A stretch of DNA of 44,720 nt from Ancylonema sp. Its lineage: Eukaryota. The DNA is taken from contig JBFLGF010000039.1 of assembly GCA_050230475.1 (NCBI GenBank), forward strand, positions 62,001 through 106,720, in the 5' to 3' direction. Position numbers and translations under genes: made by a program. The notes beneath the pieces were generated by a model that had not been told where the DNA came from, made no database searches, and worked only from the letters and a program-made list of their open reading frames with translations. The first letter of the stretch is position 1. Every line of letters begins with the position of its first letter. This document shows, one piece after another, positions 12,859 to 24,111 of this stretch.

Positions 12859-15800
12859 TTACCCTTCCAAAGTAAGCAAGCCCTCCCCTACTCCCAAACT
12901 ACCCCCCCCCCTTCCAAACTTCAGATGCTCCTTCCCCCAGTTGACGAGAGGGCACGGACCCACGGGCGCTCTTTGCGCCCATTTTTTGGCGCAATTGGGG
13001 CAGTGCTTCCCGTGAGTGACGAGGAGACAGTGGAGGGCGTATTTACAGTCGTCCGGAATTCGGTCGTTGAGATGGAGATACGTCCGCTCGCGGTCGGCGG
13101 TGGGGGGAACCCAACCGAGAGACTTTGTTATGCGAAACACCTGTGCAAAACATTCGAGGATTCGAATGTCATGAGTACTGTAAAATCCCGATATAAGAAA
13201 CTAAGTCGTAAGGAACCAATCGGGATGTGAACTATTATTCAAGCCCTCGTGTTTTTTTTTTTTTTCCTCCCCCCTTCGTCCAAATGCGGAATGTGATTCT
13301 TTTACATGAGAAGCGTTCAGTACAAAAAACAAGGATTCAGGTGAACAGGTGATTCATTTGTTTTTCCTCTACTCTATTATCAAACCGCAATTTCCCAAGT
13401 AAACTTCCGTTTGCCATTTTCCCAATTTGATACTGGAGTGAGAAAAAATAGAGGGGAAGAGAAACATCGACAACCGTCAACCACCGCCAATGCCATACCT
13501 GAAAGTACCCAAGGGCCCAATTCACATATCCTTGTACACATTTCAACCCAAGCCCTTTGTTTACTCACATGTGTGTCAACGGGGAATTCTTCTCGTAGGA
13601 GATGAAACATGAGCACGCACGCCACCTGCCCCCCACACACCATTCCCCATACCCCCCCGCCATCAGATTCATGAGTACATTATGGCAACGTTGGAGATAC
13701 TGCACACACAGATGACGTCCTGATTTCCCGGAAGGTCCCGTTATGGGCTCCAGAACGACTTCAGCCCAGACTTCCCACGTTGAGAGATGGTAGAAATATA
13801 AAGAACAAATAATTAACAAATAATAATTAACAAAAAAAAGTATGAAATATTATATATATAACTCTTATAGTCTAATGATATATAGCTCCCAAGTTGTTAC
13901 CCACTTGCTCCAACCCCTCTCATACCACATTCGCCCCCCCCCCCTATCCCTCAACTACCAAAAAACCCATCCTCACAATCACCCCCACCCCCCGCCCCAC
14001 CCCAATCCCTAACCCCAACAACAACCCCATCCCCTCCCTCCCTTCCCACCCCTCCTGCCCACTTGTCGTTTCCAGAAAGGAATACCGTTTTTGGTCCGAC
14101 CCCCTTGAATCGTCCAAGTTCCGCCTTGATTTGGTCGGTACTCATTTCGTGTAGGTACTCGAGGCACAGGGCACCCTTCTCGGACTGGAGGGTGGCAAGA
14201 ATCTCTTTGATCCTTTTCCCTTTTATTTCTGCCAGCCCCCCGCAGCGGATGGCAGATTCCAGGTCGGCTGGGTCAGCGGCGTGGACCTGGATGGCAGAAA
14301 TGGCAGAAATCAAGGATGGCCGAAAGGGCGGAAAGGCAGGAATGTCAGAAATGGCAGAAAGGCAGAATTGGTGAGTGGTAAGGGGGCAGAACTGGTGATA
14401 GGCAGAACTGTAGAGGAGCGGGGGGTGGTGGACAAATGCAGGTACGGGCAGAATGGCAGAATGGCAGAAAGGTAGAATGTTGGGCAGAATGGCCGAATGA
14501 CAAATTCAACGAAAGGGCGGGAAGGTGCCACAGTGGCTTGGAGAAGTGGCAGAAGGGCAGAAAGGCAGAATGGAAGACTGGCAAAATGGCAGAATGGTAG
14601 ACCATGGACAGCATGGTTGGTGCAAATTGTCCAAAAAACTAAAATGGAAGAGCAGTATGGAATGCTCTGCCATGGCCCAATGGCAAAATTGTCAGAACAA
14701 TATACAAGAAGAAGTGCAAAAAGGGCACGAGCCGATATTTCGCTAACTCTAAGTATCATTTCAGGGCAATCCAGTGGGCATGACTGACTCAAAATGAGTA
14801 CTCACCTCCTCCCACAAAGGAAACCTCGTTTTCAGGGCCGCATACGCCCTCGATGCGTTCTTATCTGTCGTATTTTGCGACAGTATTGTTCGCACTAGAG
14901 AGTCTAAATCCCCAAACTTGGCCCATCCAGCCTTCACTTTCTCCACAACCGCCCCCTGCTCTTCCTTGATCGCAACCACAACCCCTCCCGCACTCCCAGA
15001 GGGCATCCGAATGGCCACTACCGATTCTGCCTTCGAATCGTACCCCCTTTCTGCCAGTCCCGCCCCAGAATCGGTACTTGGCAAAGTGTCCAGTACCTCG
15101 TCCGGTTCGAGGGTGGGGCAGGCTCTGTGCTCCTCTATGTGCCACCCGTGTAACCGGGCTAACCGACGGGTAACCTCTCTGCACTCCTCCGGGTATGGGC
15201 GTGCATGGTTGGGGAAGGGCTTCCCACTAGGTACCCGCTTGATGACGACAGCGGTTTTAGCGGGTGTCGCTTTGATGACGTCGAAAACGCCGGACAGCTC
15301 GGTAGCCAGGTTAGCAGGATCAATATCCGTTACCAGCGCTGATTGTAGAGCTGCGAAATCTGCATCCGGGTCCTCATCTTCCTGCTTTCTGAAAGACGGC
15401 ACGTTTCCTGTGTAAAGAGACGATGAGGGGGTCCGGATAGCCGAGGCAACACTTTTACTCCTACCCCTACCCTTGCTCTCTGCGGGCAGAGCGGGGGTAC
15501 TCCCGTTACAATGATCAGGTCCTACGTCTGCTGCTTCCGTCCTCCGGGATCTACGACGCCTTGTGGATACGATCGCATCTGGAACGTTGGTTGCCTCAGA
15601 AAGCTCGGCCTTCGGATTCACTTTTAGGTCGGAAGAGGCGAATTTTTGTGGACTAAAATCGCTATGCTGTGGATGGGAATCAGTTTCCTCTGCTTTTATC
15701 GCTAAAGGCGGAAGAGGTATAATTTCTGGCGAACTATTCAGAGGAGTCGTTGTATCATCCTCACGCTTCACTTTCTTCAAGGGAGCACCACGTGGCTCAA

Positions 15801-16119
15801 TTCCAAGGATGCAGTGAGCATCGAGGTCTCTCTTGAGTTCTCGTTTGACTTTTAAAACACTGTTCTGATCACTATCTATCGTTGTCGTTCCTGAACGACT
15901 CGATGATCTCGTCATCCTGATTTGTGAAGTTGGTAGCTTCGAAACGCACGAGCTAGATGTGAAAAATGGATGAGAAATAACGAAATTCCAAGGTACTGCT
16001 CTGGCACGCGTAAGGGAGTCAGCTTTCGGAATGTTGACCTTTCTAAGTCCAACTGGCAGATTCTGGAGGGATCCGCGAAGTTGTGGAGCAGCTACGATAA
16101 GGCGAGTCAGTACAGGCAT
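12859..16119 (-). CDS. HhH-GPD base-excision DNA glycosylase (endonuclease III superfamily, At3g47830-like); exons 16119-14806, 14286-14086, 13625-13569, 13140-12859; 617 aa
   Basis: Four exons join in phase 0 at GT..AG junctions (GAG|gtgag, cag|GTC, ACG|gtatt, cag|GTG, CAT|gtgag, cag|GTG). Motifs: LDSLVRTILSQNTTD, AIRCGGLAEIK, HhH ELGRFKGVGPKT, FPVDTHVFR with the catalytic Asp, and LHCLLVTHGKHCPNC...CPL. The start codon (ATG at 16119) is less certain. Confidence 0.93.
14287..14700. repeat. Degenerate ATGGCAGAA repeat array filling intron 1 of the glycosylase gene
   Basis: Many ATGGCAGAA/GGCAGAA units; a similar inverted TTCTGCC/GCCATT array occurs at about 2620-2840. Confidence 0.7.
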
Positions 16120-16313
16120 CACATGCGCGCAGAATGTCCCAAGACTGAAGATGGACAGTTAGCCGTAACACTGGATAAGAGGGGCCGGTCCGCCTAAAAT
16201 GTACTGCACATTTTGTGACGAGAGAGCCATGGACAGTACGTAATGCCTCTTGCCTCTAAGGGCATCCGCTACCGCTGCCAGTGCCAATACGCGAGGTTAA
16301 CCGCCAGAGTTTA

Positions 16314-16361
16314 CACGTGGTGTCAATTTTTGGCGCGTGCGGTAAAATTGTATTTTCCCGC
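16314..16361. promoter_or_regulatory. Candidate promoter elements of the glycosylase gene: G-box plus two E2F consensus sites
   Basis: CACGTG at 16314-16319, TTTGGCGC at 16329-16336 and TTTCCCGC at 16354-16361, about 200-240 bp upstream of the ATG. Motif match only. Confidence 0.45.
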
Positions 16362-17382
16362 TGGCATTTGGCAAGCGCTACCGTGTAGTGTGCGGGGAGC
16401 CCAACGAAACCCTTTGGGCTCCGGGCTCCGCCGGAGCCGAGCCCAAGATCGCGGCTCCGGGCTCATTTTGGGAGCCCGGAGCCCATTGCGGATCCCAGAG
16501 CCCATTTCGGAGTTTTTTTTTTTTTTTTTTTTTCCCGTGGTTGTAGATTGTGTATTTTTAAATCAATATTGAAACTATTTAGTTTGCATATTATTTGTCC
16601 AACATGGACGGAGTTCTCGATGTTACAACCTAGATGTTATATCCTAGATGTATACCAAAATAGCATACCTTCTCTTTCCTTAAAAACCAGTATACTATAT
16701 TTTTCCTTTCCACCTATGTTTTCGTGCATCATCTCCCCATTAGTCCAATATTCCATTTCTTCCTCAACCTACTTCTAGTGCTAGTTGTGGTCTTTTCTCC
16801 TTCACAAAATGCAATGATAACTTTGCATTTTCTAGCAACATGTAATAACCTATTATCAACTTGCTTTTTTTGTACCTTGTAAAATGTATTTTTGCTTCAT
16901 TTCAACGATATACACACACACACACACACACCATAACCACATATTCCAAATAATTCATGACACTTCTCGTCATATTAATTTGTTTCCCAACAAACAAGAT
17001 TTCGTCAACATATACAAAATATTGTTTGCCCGTCGTCATATCTTCTCTATAAGGATCGTCCTCTTTTCGTCTTCCAGCCATGAAGACGATAATGTCATGG
17101 AGATTCAAAGTCATTGCAGTATTCCATCACTAAAATTTCATGGCGTCGTCGTCTTACATAACATTGTTGTCCGTCAGAACGTTGTGGTTATGTTGTCGAC
17201 TATGAAGTAGTTGTTGACTTCATTACACTGTCGTCTACTAAAACGTCTATTTATAGCGGAAATTCTGGTATGATATTACACGAGGAAGATGGTGGATTGT
17301 CAAACACTCTCATGCACAGAGAAAGTCGCCGGGGAGAAAATATAAGGGGGGGAGCGGAGGAGGTGGGGAGAAAGGGGGGGGG

Positions 17383-17418
<36 letters not shown>

Positions 17419-17791
17419 CCAAATTTGCTGGGTGTAATTTTTACATTTTAATCGTCATGACTGTAAATTAGTAATTACCTCAATTACGATTTACATGTAA
17501 GGCCATCGTCAAATTACATGGGTTTTTGTAAAATGACGATATTACGGTAATTCGTAAATTACGGTTGTATTACTTACGCCGAAATCCGGATGACGTCACA
17601 TTTACAACCCTAGTCACGCGGCGCAAGTCCCGATGACAAATCATTTGTCGGTGGATCTGACATTGGCAGGCGAGAATCGCGTTTCCTGTGGGCCCGCAGA
17701 AGCGAGCCCGACCCAACCCCCTTGAGCCCAGCCCCAAAAGTTGTAATTTGGCCCACAAGCGCCGAAATCCTTCGTCCCCCCGACTTTCACC

Positions 17792-18254
17792 TAGGGTTGG
17801 TGACACCGCATGTTCGGCCCGCGGTAGGGGGTTTCTACCACGGTATTCTCCCCCTACCGCTTCCTACCGACTTTGGATTCAGTCCGGCTGGGCATCGGTC
17901 GGGGGTAGGGCGGCGGTAGGCAGTAAGGAAACCGGTAGGGACACGGTAGGGAGCGGTAGGAAACGGTAGGGATTTTTTTTTCCAGCGTAAAGTCAAATAT
18001 ATAATTTGCGACCAAAAAAAAAAAGTTACCGGAAATATTCGATTCCCTAATGTTCCCTACCCTTCCCTACCGATCCCTACCGTTCCCTTCCGTTCCCTAC
18101 CAATTATTTCCTACCGCCCTACCCCCTATCGAGCCAACCATGGTGGGGCTAATTTTCCTACCCCCTACTACATATTTGAGCATCGGTACTACCGCGGTAG
18201 CAACCGCGGTGAAACGGTAAGGAGTGGGGCAGTAGGGCGGTGTCGCCAACCCCC
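17792..18254. mobile_element. Short internal-deletion copy of hAT family A
   Basis: The first ~180 bp are homologous to 4166-4345; the right end reads GCGGTGTCGCCAACCC; same CGGTAG repeats. No intact TSD. Confidence 0.8.
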
Positions 18255-18279
18255 TGCTGCCTTTTTTTTTTTTTTTTTA

Positions 18280-18490
18280 AAGGGTGCCGGGAGCCCGGAG
18301 CCCACAAGATCCGGCCTCCTTGAGCCCGGAGCCCAAATGTTGGAAATATCCTAGCCTCCGAGCCCAAGGAGCCCAAATCAGAGCCCGGAGCTCGGAGCCC
18401 GGAGCCCAAAATTGTTGGGCTCATTTGGGCTCCCTTGGGCTCATTTGGCTCATCAGGTCTCATTTGGACTCATTTGGGCTCATTTGGAAG
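18280..18490. repeat. GGAGCCC/GGGCTC motif array, probably subterminal repeats of a DNA transposon
   Basis: Similar arrays occur at 16390-16510 (which starts TAGTGTGCGGGGAGCCC) and about 45-270. A matching second TIR was not found. Confidence 0.55.
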
Positions 18491-19136
18491 CGAAATCAAC
18501 ACCTGGGAAAAAAAGGTTGAGGGTTTAGGTGAGTCACGTTCGGGTTGGAGGGCTTGGATGATTTGGAGGAGCTTTGGAACTAGAGTGTGCATTCCACCCT
18601 ACCTCCGGAGGGTGACGTCGACGAAAGCGACACCACATCTTTTATGGGGGAGAAACGTCCATTGAAAGAGGTCTTCATGTCTAGTTTGGGTGCGATGGAC
18701 TTCACGGAATTTTACCTCTCATAGTGAATTGTATTTATTGAGCACTATTGGAAGTAGACTCATTCGTCTCACTAGCCTCACACACTAGTGTGGTACATAA
18801 GTATTTCACACGATTGATCAATATAAATGTATTGTATTACTTTCAGTCACTTGTCCCATATATGTGCCGAAAAGGTTTTTTTGTTCCAAAGGCACGCATT
18901 CTATCTTGTTTTTTGCTTAATAGTGTTCGATAGGGAAATAGTAAACACTCCTACGCAGTTTCGAACATCAATTGAAACATGAAGATGGAGAGTGGAATAT
19001 AATTACCATGCCAATCACTCCTAGTGATCCCATTGAACATGATAAGTAATCTAGTACACAAATATGACCTTGAAATTGTCAACTTCGCAGAAAACAGTTA
19101 GAATTTTCTCAATTTTTAATTATAAATGATCAAAAA

Positions 19137-19318
19137 AAGGGATGGGGCGCAACCCCAATCCCCTTTGGGTTGCGTGTTGTCGTTTTTTTCGCAACCCCAC
19201 GCAACCCCACGCAACCCCGAGTAGCAACACGCAACCCCAAAAAACAACACGCAACCCCAAAAAGCAACACGCAACCCCGAAAAGTTACACGCAACCCCAA
19301 AAAGCAACACGCAACCCC

Positions 19319-19350
<32 letters not shown>

Positions 19351-21523
19351 TTTTTACCCCCAAATGATGATATGCGAGCTTGGAAACAAATTTATGATGC
19401 ATGTAATGCAAGTTGAGCGTTCTTTTTAGTAACGCACTACACATGAGAAAGATACAATCATTGGAAGGTAGTTCGATGATCTCATTATAAACATAACTTG
19501 TACTTCTTTTGCATGTCGATTCGTTTATGCCTGTAAAGTCAATGTTCGGTTTTGATTAAATAATTGGTTTTCTTTACTTGAAAGTGTCTTCATCCATAAT
19601 GCAACAAACGTTTGTACATTTTTCTATTACCTTCATTCAAACCTTCTGAACCGTTCAACTCGTGTTATTTGCTCCGCAACAACAATTCCCATTTAATCAC
19701 TATTCTAAAGGATTAAACAACCATCGGTCGATCGTTACATATAGCCTCGTATTGTAAAGTTAATAGTAATTCACAATGTTATCATTTCATGGGAGTGCGA
19801 CACCATTGCAGCGCTTTGGAGTATAACGACAAAAAATAATCAATACTTGGGGCCATTGTGTGAATAATGTTTTTAGGTGGGTGTGAGAGACTGCACGTGG
19901 ATGTTTAGCAACAAAAATTACAGGTATTGGATTCGGACCGACACATTTAACAAAAAAATTGTAATATATACAAAAATTGTCATAAATAAAAGTGCCGCAG
20001 TCATAACTCGAAGCGTAACCGATGACTAGTCTGGAATCACAATTTTTATACCACCCCATGGTGGCAAATGTATAATAAGGTTCTACTATCAACCATCCCA
20101 GATTATAGGCAAGGAGGTCAGCAGCGTCAATGGACGGCATCTTCAAGTCGCCAAAGAGGGACTCAAGAGTGACTTTCGCAGAGCCCGTCGGTAGATCCTC
20201 ATCTTCATCACACTCTCCACTCCAACCCCAATTTTTGCACAAAGCCCCAGGCTTTGTTTACTTTTTTGTTTGTTTTGCCATCGCCATAGGAAGTTGTACG
20301 AACTGTACCCCCCACTTGACCAAAACGTGTACATATTGGCTGCAGACCTTTTCTCCCACAAGAAATACCGTTGGGGACCTAGATCTACCTGAGTTACCGG
20401 AGCCTGAATTGGAGCTCTCTAGAGCTCTATCTCCGCTATGTCGTAGCGCTAGAGATCGGTAGCTTATAGCGGATACTCCCCCGTTGTAGCCGATCAGTTA
20501 CTGGTAGATACGCCCCTACCATAAGTAGCTTGCATTGGATATAGCGATCTACATGTCACCTTTGTAACGCGGGACCGTAAGACGGATGACCCTCCGCTGA
20601 CCATGAGTTCTGATTGCCCGTCTAGATTTGCTTGTATAGTTTACGACAAGTAGTTGGCGCACGTGCGTGGGTGTCTCACCCAGTGCACTACAAGAGGGAT
20701 AGGCCTAACATTGTACCCTAACTTTTCTGATAACTTCCCGACATCTCCATCGCTTCCTCGCACGTGTCTTGCTAGCTCCGCCTGGTAGTGTTGCGCTGCG
20801 TTGCTTTAGAGGTTGGCAGGAATACCCATTAGGCGAACAGGTCGCCAGCTCATGGCGCATCTGGACATCCAAGGGCTTCTATTGCCTTGGATAGCAGTAA
20901 AACCAAAATGGTGCATGCTAGCTTGCTTGCTGGAGGTGCGGGTGTATGTGTTGTGATGTGTGTTGTGATGCAAGTAGTTAGCGGCTTTACGTTCTACGTT
21001 GTACGGAACGTGGACGGGTCTCTATCCGCACGTGTCCGCATGTGTTCTTAGCGTGATTGTAGTGTGCTTAGCTAGCCGCACGTATGTGACGTCATCGATC
21101 TATATAGGTACGTTAGCTACTTTCGTTGGCCATGTCTACCTCCCCACACTACAAATCGTTCACTAGTCAGCACATTTGAGTGCTAAATGTGGGACTCTGG
21201 AGAAGCTTCGTCACTTCCAAGATGAGAAAAATACATGACGAAAACTCTGAACCGTAGATCGAGATATAGATCATATAATGGGATCGATATTTTCCCTCTT
21301 TTATTGTTTTTTGCAACCCCACGCAACCCCACGCAACCCCAAAATGCAACACGCAACCCCAAAAAGCAACACGCAACCCCGACGCAACTCCGCAACTCCA
21401 CGCAACTCGCAATTCCGTGTTGCGGGTTGGGTTAGTTGGGTTCGGCCTGCTCGGGGGCGGGAGTTGCGCAACCCGAACGGAGTTGTGGGGTTGGGTGGAG
21501 TTGCGGGTTGGGCCCCATCCCTA
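19137..21523. mobile_element. Non-autonomous hAT element (family B) with GCAACCC subterminal arrays
   Basis: Ends AGGGATGGGGCGCAACCC / GGGTTGGGCCCCATCCCTA (Ac-like TAGGGATG). Tandem ~20-bp CACGCAACCCCAAAAAGCAA units at 19190-19320 and 21312-21400. No TSD found. Confidence 0.75.
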
Positions 21524-21690
21524 GTGCCCGCAGTCTTTCCCTTAGAGAAATTGTCCCGGTGCGGCGCGCGCGCCGCATGCGCGCGCTAGCGTACGCGCGC
21601 GGTACGCGTGCGCAAATCTTGCGCACGGTGCTGACCCATCTACCGTACCAGCCAGAGATAATGCGCCATCAAATCGGAAAATTGATTACT

Positions 21691-24111
21691 AACTAGATCC
21701 GGCTTTGCCGCAGGTCTTTTGGGTTTTGTTTCGGGCTTAGCTAGGGCAACGTCCGAGGAGTCTGGGGCATTGTCCCATTTTCAGCGAGTTCCTCGTGTTC
21801 GATCGAAAGTATTGACGATGACCGTAGATTCGGCTCGAATTGAACTCGAGTTCCCTGAGCCGTCGGTCTAAATTTGTCGTATTGGCCGGATTCTCGCCCA
21901 AATTTTGATGTCCCGTCTGGGCAACGTGGCCGTCGCAGACACCACTACCAGGTGTTTAAAATCCCGGTCCACGACCTGTAGATCGCGGTAGCTCGTCCGC
22001 TTGGTGACTGGAAGGTTACGATCGACGGCATGCGGTCCACGTAGGGAAATAACCCAGATGTCGGTGTAGCCCAGATGTCCGGCGGGAGTTACACGGTGGC
22101 TTAGTTTCCCTGCCCCGATGAATCGATGGCAAGACCCTGCGGTCATCGTCCATACTTTCGATCGAACACGAGGAACTCGCTGAAAATGGGACGTTGCCCC
22201 AGACTCCTCGGGCGTTGCCCTAGCTAAGCCCTTTTGTTTTTAAAAGTAAGACGCATTTTATTAAAGCACGATGGGAACCCCATCATTTTAAAATGGTTTT
22301 GTCTTTTGTCTTTTGTGCGTGCGCCCTATGCCCGAAGCCCGGTACCCTGTGCCATGTATCCAGCGCCCTGTGCCCTGTGTCCAGTGCCCTGTGTACTGTA
22401 CCCTGTGGTCCTGTGTCATGTGCCCTGTACCCTGTCGCCAAGCTCTTCTAATACCCTAAACCTTAGTCGAACACGACTTCCCGGTTATCGTGCTGTAAAT
22501 CGCTACCGGCCGGCGGATTTCCAGCGTCGGCCGTTCGATGTAGGCGCGGTCAATTCTGCCGGCCAATTTCGCCATCCCGTCAATTTCGCCATCTCTGACA
22601 TCGACACAGGATAGATGTACCCTCCTTCTCTCGTACTATGGAAATACCAATCTTTACCATATACATTCGACTCTTCTTTAACGACTAAATCTACAACTGT
22701 CGGCTGCGATCACCAGCCAGTCAGCCATGACTAGTAAGCGAGCCAACTATTCAACCAGTCATCCAGCTGTCACTCTCTGTCTCTCTCTCGAAAATATGCA
22801 TGCGCCTGCTACTGCGAATTTCGACTACGACCAGCCAGCCTATTCAACCGGTCATCCAGCTCTCACTCTCTGTCTCTCTCTCGAGAATATGCATGCGCCT
22901 GCTGCTGCGAATTTCGACTACGACCAGCCAGCCAGCCAGCGATGCGGCCAGCCAGCCAGCGAACTAAGGTAAGACTAAAGTGAACGGATCAAATTTGAGA
23001 CTGCTAATTACGGCTTGCGAGTGCGCCTGAGACTGCTGCTGCATTGTTCGATTGCGATTGCGAGCCAGCCAGTCAGGCAGACTAGCCAGCTACCCAGCCA
23101 GCCAACTATCAAACCAGCCAGCCCGCCACCCAATTACTCTCTCGCCATGTTCCTCTCGCTGGCTATCTCCTCTCCTTCTCTTTCGGTTTTGCGGTTTTGT
23201 TTTTACGTCCTTTTTCTTTTACGATGCGTTACGGTTGGCGTCTTACGCATCTTAAACTTTTTTTATACGCGTGAAGATTGCGATTCATTCATTTTTTTAG
23301 AATTGATTGCCATCTTAAAGGCTCATGCCTCAGCTTTTTTGTCTGCTTGTATGTATACGCTGTCCAAAGTACTGACTAACTTCATCTCGGTGTGTGCAGC
23401 GCTTGCAGATGTCTGATCCAGCCAGACAGCCAGCCTGCCAGCCACCCAGCAAGGCACCTAAGCAAGCAACGAGCCAACCAGATAGTCAAACACCTAAATA
23501 GCCAGGATGAATAAAAAGTAGATATGCAGACGTGAATAATATAATGATTTTCTTTTTCTATGAGCTTCAGCTAGAGCGCTCGTAAGAACGCTCGCTGACT
23601 GATCTTATTCATCAAAATTTTGTACCATGTGCTGAAGAGAGTACGAGTGAGAGCGGTAGCAGATCTCCGACTCCTTTTCGCACATAATCGCACATCCCCC
23701 AGGAATGAGGGTAATAACAGAAAGTTGCATGCAGGATTGTAGTAGGGGGCCTCACACCATGAAGCACCATGTAACGAACGCGAACTTTTTATACTGGTGG
23801 TGTAAGTGCTGGCCCCCCACTTACACCAACCTCCAACCCCCGAAAAAAAGAAAGGATCTTGCGCAAAATTTCCCAACGCGAAAACGCGAAAATGCGGAAA
23901 TTAGCCAATCACAGCATGACACATCAGCGCTGACATGGCATCCGAACATTTCAAAACATCGAAATCGTCAAATCCGGCGTCAACAGCCAATCAGAGACAT
24001 CGAAAACTGCTGAGTTGGATAAATTCGTACACATGTACGGCCCATGTCAGCATTCTCAAACCGCATCAAAGCGACTTGATGTACTTAGGTCTTCCAGGAA
24101 GACCTAAGTAA
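21691..24111 (-). mobile_element. Non-autonomous Helentron/Helitron2 (HINE/DINE-1-like) element
   Basis: Absent at the equivalent site of MITE copy 2. Palindrome with 14-bp arms at 24082-24110. The other end on the minus strand reads AAGACCT-G-CGGCAAAGCCG-GAT-CTAGTT. No TSD. Internal (CCAG)n-like and CCTGTG repeats. Confidence 0.65.
21733..22231. mobile_element. Mutator-like (MULE) MITE, 499 bp
   Basis: About 95-bp TIRs starting GGGCTTAGCTAGGGCAACG; 9-bp TSD TTTTGTTTC / TTTTGTTTT. Confidence 0.88.

Noticed and set aside
14281..14792. Several 60-160 aa ORFs
   Set aside because: They lie in the repeat-filled intron 1 of the glycosylase gene and are products of the repeat.
19190..19320. Regularly spaced ~20-bp repeats resembling a CRISPR array
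   Set aside because: They are head-to-tail repeats with no unique spacers and no cas genes, in a eukaryotic context.
19116..19444. ORFs with repeated FWGCVLLFGVA / TPRNPTQP peptides (also 21167-21589 and 32379-32780)
   Set aside because: They are translations of the non-coding GCAACCC subterminal arrays of hAT family B.
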